Shown in pieces: positions 14,378-28,011 of a stretch of DNA of 63,992 nucleotides. The DNA lies in contig NC_068982.1 in assembly GCF_001194135.2 (NCBI RefSeq), positions 171,092,415 to 171,156,406 on the forward strand. Direction: 5' to 3'. The translations under genes were made by a program, and so were the position numbers. The number at the start of each line of letters is the position of its first letter. Positions within the stretch are counted from its first letter, which is position 1. The notes under the pieces were generated by a model. The model searched no databases, had not been told where the DNA came from, and saw nothing but the letters and a program-made list of their open reading frames with translations. This DNA comes from Octopus bimaculoides (taxonomy: Eukaryota).

Positions 14378-17300
14378 GTTCATGAACATATATATATATA
14401 TGTTCATGTGTGTGTATGTGTATGTGTGTGTCCTTATTTATATTTGCGTTACCGTTGAATTTAAGAAATAGATCAGTCACAGGAACGAACGCTGTCTAGA
14501 CATTTGCATGCCTCACTAAACCAATGTCTTATATTTCAACTTTCGAAAAGGGTGTAACATACCAATTCCAACATTTTTGTTTTCCCTGCATGTAGAATTC
14601 ATTCACATAAATCTCATGGGTAAATTGTAAGAAAATATCTAAGGCACACTATTATATTAATTCGATAATTCTACAAAAAATTATTGTTCGTATAATATAT
14701 CTATGAAAATGTGTTGCATTTTTGTGATATGGAATGAGTATGAATTATACAAATAAAAAGTAAAATAATAGATAAATAATGGTTAGCAATAAGTATATTC
14801 CAATAGTTTATATGTTGTCACATTACGGCCCCATAATTGTTTTTTCATTAATAACGAAAATGACGATGATTATAAACATTACGCAAAATAAAACAGACTA
14901 TAATTTTAACTCACAATATATTGAAAGACTCTTAGAACAATGTAGAAACTGTTACCTGAAAAGTATTTAGCAACTCTGGACGCCTTTTACAGTTCATTCC
15001 GCATAATGTGAGCACTTTCTCTGGAAATTCTTAACGGCATTTAAGAGTGTTATGTGTACACAGATTTCGACTTTTCGTTGGGTAGAACATCTCAGTCTAA
15101 CACAGCATTTAGTTTCAAGAGACACAGAAAATTGGTGAATGTTCGGTTAAAGATAAAATGTTTTGTGTCATCTGCAACATAAACTACCATCAAGGAAAAT
15201 ACTTGTTTTTCCTGTCGAAATGAAAAGCAGTGTGACAATTTTCGAACTGTGCAAAGTTGATAGTTGAATCTAACCAACACACGACAACAATTTTTCGCAT
15301 AATTCTAGAAGTGTAGAATTCCCAGAAACTAGATGATTTCACGCATTTAGTATCTTTTGATGATTTCACGTCTTTATTCATGCATGTACATCATATCCAT
15401 AGTGTTAAACTAAAACAAAAATTCTACTGGTACCACTGTTATACTAAATATTTCTGTGGGTTATCTATTATCTCTGGACAGGTTATCTAGAATACAATAT
15501 TCATTTGTTCTACGATAACACCCTACTCGCCCTGATAACATTGTTGCTCTTTCATATGAGGAGAATGCAGTTGCTGATGTCCTACTGAATGCATTGCCCA
15601 ACAGATAACGGTGAGTATTTGTGAGCGTTGCAGATGAAAGATATCTAAACTTGCTCTGCACTTGACCTAGGATTGCATCTGCGTGAAAGAACCATACTGT
15701 GTGAAAATGCGCACGAATCACGCTCTTCGTTACTCTTTTCATGTGTGTTTTTTTTATTTTCAATTTTCTTTTTCTTACGGCATTTTCTTTCTTCTCTTTT
15801 TACTTTTGTTGTCTTAATCCTTGACTGCATCTCTTTCTCAATGCCACTAGATAATGACCTGGTGAAGATTTTTTGATCCGTTTTGATGTTCTCTCATCTG
15901 CACGTAGTAGTTTCTCAGTTTTGGCAGTTTCTATCGCTTCCAGTTGCTATTAGTTTCGTTCTTTTTAATTTTTCTCTTTCTTCTTGGCAAAAATTATTTA
16001 GGTATACTATTGAAAAGAATGAAGAGAAATAACGAATTAATTTATAATATTAGAACATTTTATTGTTAAATTTAACATGGGATGAATATAGGCGTACATA
16101 AAATGTATACTAAGATTAAATACTTAATATATATTCTTTAGGTACTTAACTTTCGAAATAAACAGAGTTACTCTCGGAGCCCAAGTAGAGAGGGTAACAC
16201 TTTACTCAGCAAACTTTCTTGGCATGCACTGAATTGACATTACATATTCTAATGGAACATCAGCTCGTGAGTAAAGCTTTTAACTGTTAAAAGATGACTT
16301 ATTTGTGTTCAGTGGATTGCATGGATATTCATTTCACCAAGGGCAATATCCTAAAGGGAAGAATTTCAATCTGCAGATATAAATCCTGGCAGCTTACGTT
16401 TACAAAATTAGAATGTTAACAAATATGCCACTGTTTTAAGCTCAAACTCCCCCTCTCTCTCTCTTTCTTTCTTTATCGCACTCTACCAAACTAATCTACT
16501 AACATTTTGCTTGTCATATTTAAATTTATGCTCTAGAAATAGAGCTATATCATATTCTATCCTTAACTCAATTGCATTCGTTATTCTACTATAACACTAA
16601 CTTAGATTTGAAACGCTTTGCACTGTTGTTATTTAATTTGTCTGTTTCCTATTAATTATTACAATTAATGTTCATATCCAAAATTAATATTTTCTATTTT
16701 AAATAAAACTCTTTTATATATTTCTACTCAATATATATTTAAACATTATACACCTTTATCTTTTCATTCCCGTATATACTCTCTCCACTCCTCATCATTC
16801 TCAAAATTCTAATGTTCCTTTCTTTCTTATGAATTTTTAACACATTTCTTCTGTTTTCTTTTTCTGTTAATGTATTAATTTTCTTTATTAATTATGCTTA
16901 ACCTTCATAACCTATTCAACTATTTCTATATTTTGTATTTTAAACTTTTCGCCATAAGCACCGGTGTGTTTTTCAAATTTTCTACCAAAATACTCACATG
17001 AATATTAAAAAAAAGTTCTAATATTGTTTTTATATGCTTATAATTTCCTAATTTCTTAATTTTAATTTTTCGCCTGTAAATTAAAATTTCATTTCATTTA
17101 ATTTCTATATTCTTTCTTTTAACTGATTTTTAAAAAATGTATTATATTTTGCAATTCTTTTCAATTATTGAATATTTTAATTAGTTTAATTATCCTATAA
17201 GTTAATCATTTAATTAATTATTTAGCGTTTTGTGAAGTGAACGTATTTACCCCACTTTTTCGTTTTGCACCAACTGTATCACATTAATATTTACTTAATA

Positions 17301-17544
17301 TTACAAGCTTATCCAAACTAATTGATATTTCACTTTAAGTGTTTTTTCTTCCTTCACTTCCATTTAAGTCTAACAAAACAATTTACATTTTATTTCCCTA
17401 AATCGACCATAATGTTTATTATATATTTTTATTTATGTTCTGTTACTCTATATCATCCCTATAATATTTTTCTACTAAATGTTAGAAACTTTTGAAGTAA
17501 ATTTTTTACAATTTTTATCTATTTTATAATAAATAACATACAAA

Positions 17545-17697
17545 TGTATGTGTGTGTGTCTGTACATGTGTGTGTGTGTGTCTGTACATGTGTGTGTGTC
17601 TGTACATGTGTGTGTGTCTGTACATGTGTGTGTCTGTACATGTGTGTATGTCTGTACATGTGTGTGTGTCTGTACATGTGTGTGTCTGTACATGTGC
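17545..17697. repeat. Minisatellite, 8 units of TCTGTACA(TG)n (16-22 bp)
   Basis: TCTGTACA counted 8 times, separated by variable (TG)n spacers. Confidence 0.9.
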
Positions 17698-18081
17698 GCG
17701 CACGCGCGTTAATGATTGTTTTATGCAAAGTTATTCATAAAATAAAATTAACATTACACTGTACTTGCCTTCGTCAGTCTGAGCTTTACTTCGTGTTTAT
17801 TGTTTACATAGTTTTTGGTAAGTTCTGTTTTAGGGCAAGGCGGAGCTTGTTGAACCATAAATGGTACAGGTAGACAAGGAAAGATATTGTGTAGGACGAG
17901 GAAATACAGAAGGCTAAGAGGAGCGTATGTGATTGTACGGCGAAAGTTGACAGAAACGTATTGCAAAGAGATTTTAATGAAAGTGATATGGGAATTTCGT
18001 TAGAGCTTATGGTTCACTCAAGCATAGAAATAGCAGATGTGCAAATTTAAGGTGTGTAAAATTTAGAACACGACATTGTTT

Positions 18082-19685
18082 CTATAGAAACTTGGTTTGT
18101 TCTTCTGCTTTAGTGTTCTCAAAAAAATGCTTTTGCTGCCCTTTTGATTCGCAGATGTATTTCTGTATCAATTTTCCATCATTTTGTACAGAGCTTCCAA
18201 GGCAGATGAACGAATCGACAACCTCAAATAATTTACCCATAACAAAAAGTTTAGTGGGGTTAAAAACAACACCACACGCAGGTTGATGCATTACAACTGT
18301 TTTTTTCAAGTTGATGGTCAAGCTCAAATCATCACAAGCTGAGTCAAATACAGATACAAGAGATTGCAGATCTTTTTCAGAATGACTGACAAGATCACAA
18401 TCGTCAGCGTATAAAAGTTCCCTAATGAGTGAAATAAAAAACTTCGTTTTGAATTTCAATCTGGTCAGATTATAAACATTCCCCGCTGTTCGATATCTTA
18501 TGTAAATACCCTCATCAGACTTTTGAAAAGCATGTGACAACACAACAGCAAAATATATTGCCAAGAGGGTGGATGCATCAAGGTCTCCTTGCTAAATTCA
18601 TTTTCCGCCGCAAAAAAATTCAGAGAGGTTCCCACCGAAGTTAAATCTAGCTTTCATATCTTGATGCAAACCTCTGATCATGTTTACAAATTTTTCTGGG
18701 CAACCTATTTTTCTTAGAAGTAACCACACAGCATTTCGATTAACAATATCGAATGCTTTGCTCAAATCAACAAAGCAATGGTATAGAGCAGGACTCTGTT
18801 CAATGCACTTTTCTTTACAATCAGCTGTGCCCCTGGAGGAACGAAAACCACACTGAGACTCAGACACTATGTTTAGAAGAATGAAGCTATTTCAACGTTC
18901 TAACAAAATGCGGGCAAGTATCTTTCCAACCACAGACAAAAGCAAAATCCCACGAAAATTACCTCACAGATTCTTTGGCTCCGATTTATACTAGGATACT
19001 AAAATGGCATCAATCCAGTCTTGGGCACTTTTTCAGTTCGCCAACAGTAAAAATTAATATATTTAAGAGGTCAAACATTTTGTCACCCCCATATTTCAAG
19101 ACTTCTGCACAAATTCCATCAGACCCTGGAGACTTATTATTATTCAGCTTATTCACAGCGAAATAGATGTCATTTAGATTTGGTTCAAATGCCATCTCTT
19201 CTATAACTGGAAGGTATTCGATTTTTTTCTATCGTCCTCATTTCAGTGGATTTTGGTCTATATCAAAAGTGCAGAAAAATGTTCTACCCAGCGCTTATCG
19301 ATAGAAGCGGTGTCAGTCAAGTCAGAAGAAAACGTCCATTTGCTGTTTTCACTGGATCTGTTGAAGAAGATTTCTGGCCATATACCTCCTTAGCATAATA
19401 GTACAAACCCTTGGCAACATTTCTATCAGCTGCTTCTTGTGTGCCTTCTGCTCTATCATTCCACCATTCCCATTTAATTTTCCTTAGAACAGTCTGCACT
19501 TTCCTTTTCAGTTTTCTGTAAGTTTCGTGTAAGGACTGAGAAAGAAGTTTAGTGCTTAAGTTTTGTTTTTCTAGAAGTAGATCATGAATTTGTGCTGATC
19601 TATCTGAGAACCAGTCACTGACGAATTTGCAATCTGAAATACTTTTGTTTTGAAATCTTCCCATAGATTGTTTGGGTCAAGATTG
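18082..19685 (-). mobile_element. RTE/Bov-B-like LINE ORF2 fragment (reverse transcriptase), truncated at both ends, with frameshifts and stops
   Basis: ORFs contain KSPGSDGICAEVLKYGG, SESQCGFRSSRGT, LYHCFVDLSKAFD, GCPEKFVNMIRGLH, IYIRYRTAGNVYNLTRL, IRELLYADDCDLVSHSE, LTINLKKTVVMHQP and FICLGSSV. These are RT motifs with RTE-clade signatures. Confidence 0.92.
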
Positions 19686-19689
19686 ATAC

Positions 19690-19950
19690 TTTCTATAGCA
19701 TCTTGGAATTTTTATATGTATATCGCTGCTTACTTTTCTTGCCTTTTCTCCGGGTAGTAGAATTTAAGTAGTAATCCAGGCAACTCAGGACAAGTGTCCT
19801 CATTAGAAATAACAAAGTATCCTTGTTTCTGGTTCTGAATGATCTAAGGATCCATCCAGTTACTCGCCAACTGCAGTATTGCCATCTTGGCAATATGCAC
19901 ATGGAATGTTGCATCACTATTCCTGTGCATTCTCAGGCCACGATTCTAAC
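19690..19950 (-). mobile_element. CR1-like LINE fragment (region just C-terminal to the RT core)
   Basis: DATFHVHIAKMA and then, after a frameshift, TGWILRSFRTRNKDTLLFLMRTLVLSCLDYY, resembling the CR1 pattern GWILRTF.TR....LTL.K.LV...LDYC. Confidence 0.7.
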
Positions 19951-19964
19951 TCTAAGATTGCACT

Positions 19965-20028
19965 TATTAATACATAAATATTAATACATAAATATTAATA
20001 CATAAATATTAATACATAAATATTAATA
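19965..20028. repeat. 14-bp tandem repeat TATTAATACATAAA x4.5
   Basis: Direct reading; perfect copies. Confidence 0.9.
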
Positions 20029-20973
20029 ATAATAAAGAGTATGGAGATTTGTACATCCACAGAACTTATTTTATAGTTATATATACAGCATATTATAATG
20101 ACCCACAAGAGCTTCTGCTGCCGCGACTACTCTCATAATATGTGTGAATGTAGGATTAACAAAACATAAAAAAAGAACTATGTAATCATAACATGTTTAA
20201 AGTAACCAAAGGTAAATTTAGATTATGTAACCCAGAGTTTGAGAGCGTTTGACTTGATTTAGATTTGGCTACTTTGTCAAATGTATCCAAACAATTTCCT
20301 CAACAGCAAGAATCTTTAGAGCTGTAGTTTACTTTCATTTCCGCTCACTTATATCCTCTCGACTTCATACAGATAAATACACACCTATATATCTGAATAT
20401 ATCTATGAATTTATTTCGGATTGCTACAATAATTAATTTCTTCAGGTAATAATTCGCCAAATATATTGGCAGGTGATATCACCTGCCCAAAAACCGCTTG
20501 TAAAGCAGAGATTTTGTGTAACAATGTGAATTTAAGTAATGGCATCTAATAAGCTACGACATGGAATAATGTATGGAATAAAAAATGCTATTGAAATACC
20601 TGTAAAGATGTTTTTAACTATCGGTTCGTTTTTTGTCTACTAAATAGTACATCGTCTGAATTGTACTAATTAGAGCTTCGATACATTGACAGATTTGAAG
20701 CATTCCCAGTAATAGTGAACATATGTTTAACTCTATATAGACAGCTGAATTGACCGTTGAATTAGGTGCATTATTTTTCAAGGAGTAATCTTATTAGCCA
20801 AATATACACGGAGGTGTTTCAAAGTTAATTTACTAAAATCTAGTTTATACCACTGCATTACCATTACACACTCAGACACAGACACACACACGTAAGTGTA
20901 TATATATATATATATATATATACACGTGTGTGTGCACATAAATATAAATATATAAATATATAAATATATATAG

Positions 20974-21410
20974 CTTTTATTCTTTTACTTATTTCTAATT
21001 AATCCTTCGTGAATGAATTTAGTAGACGGAACTAAAACAAGCTCGTTTTGTGAATCGACCCCACTACTTAAATCGTTAAGTTCCAGTACTTATTTTATCG
21101 GTTTCTTTTGCGAACTGCTAATTTACAAGAATGTATACACACCGCCATCGGTTGTGAAACGGTGGCCGGAGACAAACACAAGCACGCACGCGCGCGCGCA
21201 CACACACACACACACATACACACACAGACACACACACACACACACACACACACAAAACGAGCTTGTTTTAGTTCCGTCTACTAAATTCATTCACGAAGGA
21301 TTAATTAGAAAGAGGCTATAGTAGATGACGCTTGCCGGAGGTGACACGCAGTGAAATTGAACCCACAACCATGTAGGTTGGGAACCAAACTCCTTACCAC
21401 ACAGCAACCA
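20974..21410 (-). mobile_element. SINE family 2 copy carrying a perfect 61-bp internal inverted repeat
   Basis: Family motifs present in reverse complement (TCTTTTACTT, AATCGACCCC, AGTACTTATTTTATCGG, CA tract, GAGGCTATAGTAGA, AACCATG, TTACCACACAGC). Inverted-repeat arms at 20992-21052 and 21251-21311. Confidence 0.85.
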
Positions 21411-23629
21411 TCCATATTAACATATAAGCAGTCATGCTTTTGTTTTTAATACGCGAAGTGAGAAAACATCGCGATGAACGAAACACTGGGCTATATCCAT
21501 GAACACTAAAAGGAAGTTTACCTCATTTCGTATCACTCGCACCGTTGTCGGTGAATTGTGAGAAATATTTGTTTCAGCAATGAAAAATGATGTGTAATGG
21601 ATATATTTTCTGTTATAACAATTATGGAGGGAAATAGCTTTTCATATTGTAAATTATTCTGTAAAAATAAGATTTTATGAATATAGCTTTCAAAATTTAA
21701 GTTGTGCTGTTATATAGATTATATTAGAAATAAATTATTTTTATGTCAAAATTATTTGTGGAATTGTTCTGTTATAACTATTATTTGAGAAAATAGTTTT
21801 TAAAAGTTTAATTTGTATTGTTACAATAATCATTCGAGAAAATATTATTCAAATTGTTAAATCGTTCTGTTATTTCAACAATTCGTGAAAAGGAGTGTAT
21901 GTGCATGAATATGTATGTATGTATGTATGTATGTACGTATGTATGCATGCATGCCTGTATGAATGTGTGTATATCATTATTCAGTTTATTTCAAGTTTCT
22001 TGCCCATAGAGAAACAACAGGTTTCTAAGGTAGATCCATATGCGCGCACACACATATGCGCTTGTGTGCGCGAGCGAGTTTGTGTTAGTAAATATCAGTT
22101 CGTGATTAGGAACGGTTATGCTGTATGTTGAAATATGTAAAACGTGTTATGTAATTGACAGCTTTAAAGTGTCTTTGGGTTATCATTATTGTTCATACTT
22201 TATATAGATCATGCTGAAACATTCCAATATTTAATCGCTTCTATTGGTCTATCAACGAGTAACATTGGTCATGGTTCAAGATTTCAATAATGTAATACAC
22301 CATCGATCTATAGAAAAAACAACACCGTCATCAAAACCTAAATACTCGAGAGAAAATCAAAGCAAAGATTTTTGCCCACAACAGCATTTAACTGAGCTAG
22401 AAAAATGTGGATATTGAAAACTGTGGAGTTTATATACGGTTTCACAAAACTCCCAAAGGAATTTCTGTTCTCATGTCATTTGGATGACCTATAACAAAAT
22501 GTAAATCAAATGAATCATTGACTTGAAATATCTACATTTTTATTCGTGTTTAACGTAAAACTACATTAACTACTGCGTCATTCCTTGAGTTTCCATGATA
22601 CAGAGAATGTATACTTTACAAACATGTGAAGCATCGGATAAGGCTACACATTAAGAAGGCCAGCGGCTCTCGACCTGGTGTCTGCAAATTCTTGAGATCC
22701 ACAACAATTAATAGTGGGTCTCCGTAAGCTGTATTCTGACATTTTAAAGGCTTCAGTATAATACGTATAACTATTTTACATAAAATATTTGATGCACATT
22801 TACCACTCATTTGCAAAAGAGAATACTAGTTTGATGTTAATTCATGAAAGCTTACTGAGTCTACGAATTTTCAAAAGATTGACAGTTTACAAAAATGAAT
22901 TTAAATTAAAACGGTGTATAACAGCGAAAATATTGTAACCACTTGAGTAGGCGACGAAGAATCTACACGGATCAGTACTAACAGCATGCTATAATTCGTA
23001 GTGTTTTATTATAATTGTCTTCTAATGGTGAGTTCAAATCCAGCTGTCATTGATTTTTAGACATCTTATCCTAAATTTTAATACCTGAGCCGAACTAAGA
23101 AATTAAGTGTACAGAATGAATATTTTAATATAATGAAATACCGTCTTTTTCCTTCACTATATTGATATTTGCGTATCGTATTTCATCAAGATGGAACTAT
23201 AGAATACATCGAGGCTACCTTAGTATCAATAACGTGGTATCAGAATATCGGAAAAATATGAACGAGATTTTTCTCTTTCTTTCTCAGTCAGTAATTACTA
23301 TTTACCTGAAACTCAAGTGTTAATCTTATATAAATATATCATTACAAAGCTGCGTTGGTATACGCCATTTATTTCATAGGAATCGATTTTGATTTCAATG
23401 AGAAATTTTGTAAATTATACAAAACTCTAAGAATTAATGAATGATATTATCATTCATTCCTTTGTAAATGCTGTTGCACTGCTACAAGTTTTCCCTCAGC
23501 GACCTGGCATATGTTTACACAAGGCCCAGATTATAAGCGTGAATATGTGCGATCATACACTTTCCGTTTACTAAGATGCGACGATCTAGTTTTTGTCAGA
23601 TATACCCCCTAGTTCTAGCAGGTATATAT

Positions 23630-23640
23630 TAATCAATCAG

Positions 23641-23727
<87 letters not shown>

Positions 23728-23760
23728 GTGTGTGTGTGTGTGTGCGAGAGAGAGAGAGTA
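23630..23760. repeat. Compound (TCAA)n(TCTA)n(TG)n(AG)n microsatellite
   Basis: Direct reading. Confidence 0.95.
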
Positions 23761-24584
23761 TGTGTTCATACATTTATGCATATATTATATTAATTGGCTT
23801 TAAACGCTAAACTAAATTTTAAAAGATACTTACATCTACATAAGATAGAAGCAGATCGCAAAAAACTCCTATAATATTACGCATCCTTGCTTTTAATCAT
23901 GAAACTGTTCAAATGTTTCACTCCTACTGTGACATAAGACTCTTCAGAGGTACACTGAGATCCTGTTAAAATATGCAAGTACATTACTTCTACTTAAATA
24001 TTCTGTTATAATAATGTGTATGAGTTAGAGGTTAAGAAACCATCTAAGGGTTATTAGATATCCAATATACTACTGGATGTGTACCTCCGTATTTTTAACC
24101 AAGTGCTTACTATTGCATGGCAATATATTGCAATTGAATACTAGATATGGGGTGGGGGTAAACTGGAAATTTACCTAGTTGATGTAGTTTTAGAGTCAAT
24201 CTTTGACTGCTATATCTAGCATGGTGGTATCTTTTAAATACCCTAATTATAATTTTAATAATATACATATATATATATATATATATATGTGTGTGTATGT
24301 GTGTGTGTGTGTGTGNNNNNNNNNNNNNNNNNNNNNNNNNNNNNNNNNNNNNNNNNNNNNNNNNNNNNNNNNNNNNNNNNNNNNNNNNNNNNNNNNNNNN
24401 NNNNNNNNNNNNNNNNNNNNNNNNNNNNNNNNNNNNNNNNNNNNNNNNNNNNNNNNNNNNNNNNNNNNNNNNNNNNNNNNNNNNNNNNNNNNNNNNNNNN
24501 NNNNNNNNNNNNNNNNNNNNNNNNNNNNNNNNNNNNNNNNNNNNNNNNNNNNNNNNNNNNNNNNNNNNNNNNNNNNNNNNNNNN

Positions 24585-24619
<35 letters not shown>

Positions 24620-25712
24620 CAGAGAGTGCGAGAGAGGTCGATAGAATTTCATAACGAATTGTGTGGCATACAATATCAGGAAATGTATTAATCTCCTAAA
24701 TTTATGAGATATACTAATTCTGGTTTCCATTGTGTCAATTTGCTGGAGGATAATTAACATAATTTATGGTCTTTTCATTATTCTTCAGGACTTACCTTAT
24801 CTGCAGCTATGTTGTGTAGTATGTTTATATACGCATATATTCATTTTCTATAGAAATATGTAAACATTACAAGGGAACGTATGACCTTTCTAAACCTAAC
24901 AACATGAAAACATTAGTAAGAAATTGAATATTTAACAAGCAGGCAAATCTATGAAGTAGGCAAAAGTGAAGTCGGGATACAAAAGTGAAGACCTGTATTG
25001 GAGTGTAGTATTCACTACACTGAATAATCTAATATTGAGTTGTTTACAGTCAACTTGAGAACAAAGAGCCAAGATGCTTTCCTATATCTTTTCTCTCGAC
25101 TCGTAAACTATGTTTGACTTTTTTTATGTTAAACAGATTTCTGCAACTTATTGTATGATGGAAGCATTGAACTGAATTAATGTATTGTGCTTTTAATTTC
25201 ATACGTGCTTGAGTGATACGAGTAACGACTTACGGTTTATTTTGAGTTCTTTTTTTCTTTTTTATATTACTTTTAGTGGAATGTTTTCTACGGTGTGCAG
25301 ATTACATAACGTCCTTCACCGTCCAGTTGAAATCGTCCACTTTGTTGATTTATCTCCATTAGTCACGCTCAGCATAGTCTCCATTTTTCAACTATGTGCC
25401 TAGTTTAGATACAGATTTGTTCAAGAAAAGGTCCATAAAAGAATTACAATGTGATGCGCTCTTCAGTCGAAATTCCTGTTCCCAATTGTTATTATCAGCC
25501 TAAATTTGCTCAAAGTTGAAACTTTCTGATTAATATTATTTACTTCCAAAAATAAGGATACTTGCTGTCTTGAGATTCAAGTTTATTTCAGTTTCTTTAT
25601 TCCTGTATTATTTTCATACTTTGATGATATTCAACTGAATTTTGATAAGTTGTCTTAATTTGCGCCTCATTAATTTTGAAAGTTTGGATATTAAACAAAA
25701 ACACACTTAAAA

Positions 25713-28005
25713 TTATATATGTGCATACACACGCTTCTGTTTCAAATCCTTGACGAAACCCATGCATAAATTGCGTGGTGAAATAGTATACATGACTGTC
25801 GAGGAGACGCTGCTTTCTCTTAGAACGTACAATGCAATACTTTTCATGAAATTGTCATTCTCCGAAATTTTCCGAAAATCAAGGAAAAATAAAATTACAG
25901 CTGATCTTGGGTTAACACCTTCATGAAATAGGAATTCATTAAACATCTTAATCTAAAACATTCAATGTACTCATAAATTTTCTATAGTAAGAAGTACGCA
26001 CTATGCAAATATCTTCTACGTGAAGAATGATATCTACCGATATTTTGGACTGGTTTATTTGAGACTGCAAAATATTTTCAAATTAGTTCATTGTTCTAAG
26101 CACTACTATTTTATCATTGAATTTGATCATATTTGATGCTTGAGAGCAATAATTTTGTCAAAAATGACTTAATACGTTTCTTATCTCTTATCTACTCCTT
26201 TACAGCTGAGTAAAATGTTTTACATTGGTGCAATCCATTTGAAATAAGTTCAGTGAATGTAAATTTCCCTAACTGCTGATAAGTGTATTTTGCCAATACT
26301 CACTTTGCGATCTTCTTCAAAGAAGTTAATATTGGTTGTGTAATAAATTTCATCAATCAATTGTTACAATCAGGATAGTCCAAAAATATTAGTCTTCCAT
26401 GATTTCTCCCATTTGTGTCTCACTGGGAGGACAATTACCGAGGAAATTGCTTACGTCTTTGAAAATGGGTGAAAAACATTTACTATAATTTATTTCATTT
26501 TATTTCATAATATTCTCTCTTACAATTTAATTCTTCTCTTGCATGGTTTGATTCTGTATGTTATGATTTGAGGTGATAGTTGGTGTCACTTTCACTTAGT
26601 GTATGAGTACCATTTTAATAATGATTCTGAGGTCTAAGATGTTGCTCAATCTAGTTGCATACAATATTCTTTGTTTCATGAACACCATATATTTCGCATG
26701 ATCAAGTTAGTAATTGCGCTTGATTGGGCTCGTGTTGTTATACTCTAAAGACTATGTTGCCTTCGGGCTATTTACCATTCGGTAAGTTAAAGTAACTTAA
26801 GAAAAGTATGTGGGCGTGCTGCTTTAACTCCCTCAATATTTACTTTTTATGTCTCTAAAGCCTCCACAAATTTATATCATGCTATGGAGCTTGTATAATC
26901 AGGTGAACAATATGATGTTCATATTGCACTATCGAATTGCTTTATATGTACTTTCAGTATGTTTGGATGTAACAATAGATTTCTAGGTGTAACTTCTTTG
27001 CGAATGTACATAGAAACTGCACGACGACGCTTTTCTCACTTTTGCATATACGAACAAACATACATTGGTATCTGCAATTCTTCTCCAGCTAGTTCAGTTG
27101 ATAGATGTATTTTTGTAAGCTCAATATATGTTGCTCGATTCCATGCAGAAAGGTTTGTAAGATAAGGAATTTTGTTACTGTTGTTGTGAAGTAGGAGATT
27201 TTTTTCTTTCAATAGCAACATTACGGTAATGTTTGCCTGATCATGTTTTAATGGTTATAGTGGTTCTATTTTGTGAGGGCGTATATCACTATGGTTCACT
27301 TACATTGGTATTCTAGTCCACTTCTGCACTATCTTTCATGCAACCCTTAAAATGATATGTGACTTAACCGCTGAAGCTCGATCTGCATCTGCATATTGTC
27401 CATTCTTGGGTGTAGATATAGTATACGGTCTGAAATCGTAGGGTTATTCTCCTACTTTAATTTCGGGGCTCTGATTATGGGGTTTCGGTACATTCTGTTC
27501 TCTTGTCCTGTCGGCTTAGTGCGGAGTAATTTTTTCCTTGAGAGCTACGGGTTCAATATAAGTAAAGCGACAGTTGGTTTCTACTTCTCGATGGCAGCAG
27601 GAAACTACAGACAGTTTGGGTTTCGTTCTTTGCTTTTATGCTGCCTTTGTTTTTTCAATTATAATTTTTGATTGTTTATTTTATTTGTTTTTAACCTTGG
27701 TCTTAGTACTGTGTCGTATTGCTTGTTAGTGCTTCTTCCAGACTGTTCTCTTATTATGCCTATTGTGATGTTGGCAACTTAATCTTTGCTCGTTCAGCTT
27801 TCTCTAGCATTGCGTTAAGTATTGGCGGTAGGGACAGCAAGGATCGTGTACACTTTCTTGATTTCATCCTCAGGCATGTCGTTACCTTCTCCGTTCTGGT
27901 CCTTTATATATCCTGGATATCATGGGTTATTTGTTACTTCATCTAAATTTCTTTCATATTTATGCCGCATCAAGTTACCCAATGGTCTCGTCTCGTTAAA
28001 GACTT
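25713..28005 (-). mobile_element. Decayed CR1/L2-like LINE: ORF1 remnant, AP endonuclease and possibly the start of RT
   Basis: Minus-strand fragments in the expected order: NKIPYLTNL..IELTKIHL..ELQIPMY..VSMYIRK (about 27170-26990), FNLPN (about 26780), TRLSNILDL..VTPTITSNHNI (about 26640-26545; SDH-like motif) and VILFFLDFRK (about 25890; LDF.KAF-like). The endonuclease part is well supported; the ends are approximate. Confidence 0.6.
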
Positions 28006-28011
28006 CACAAG

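Noticed and set aside
15482-15610. Plus-strand acceptor/donor pair (GACAG/G ... ACG/GTGAGT)
   Set aside because: Stops in all three frames, and it overlaps the better-supported minus-strand frame.
16440-17500. Very AT-rich, T-skewed kilobase considered as a possible mitochondrial insertion
   Set aside because: No recognisable rRNA, tRNA or mitochondrial protein motifs; it looks like low-complexity DNA.
17545-17697. CRISPR-like appearance (fixed core with variable spacers)
   Set aside because: The spacers are only (TG)n, the core is 8 bp, the context is eukaryotic and there are no cas genes.
20992-21311. Interpretation of the 61-bp inverted repeat as the TIRs of a MITE
   Set aside because: No TSD, and SINE homology continues collinearly outside both arms.
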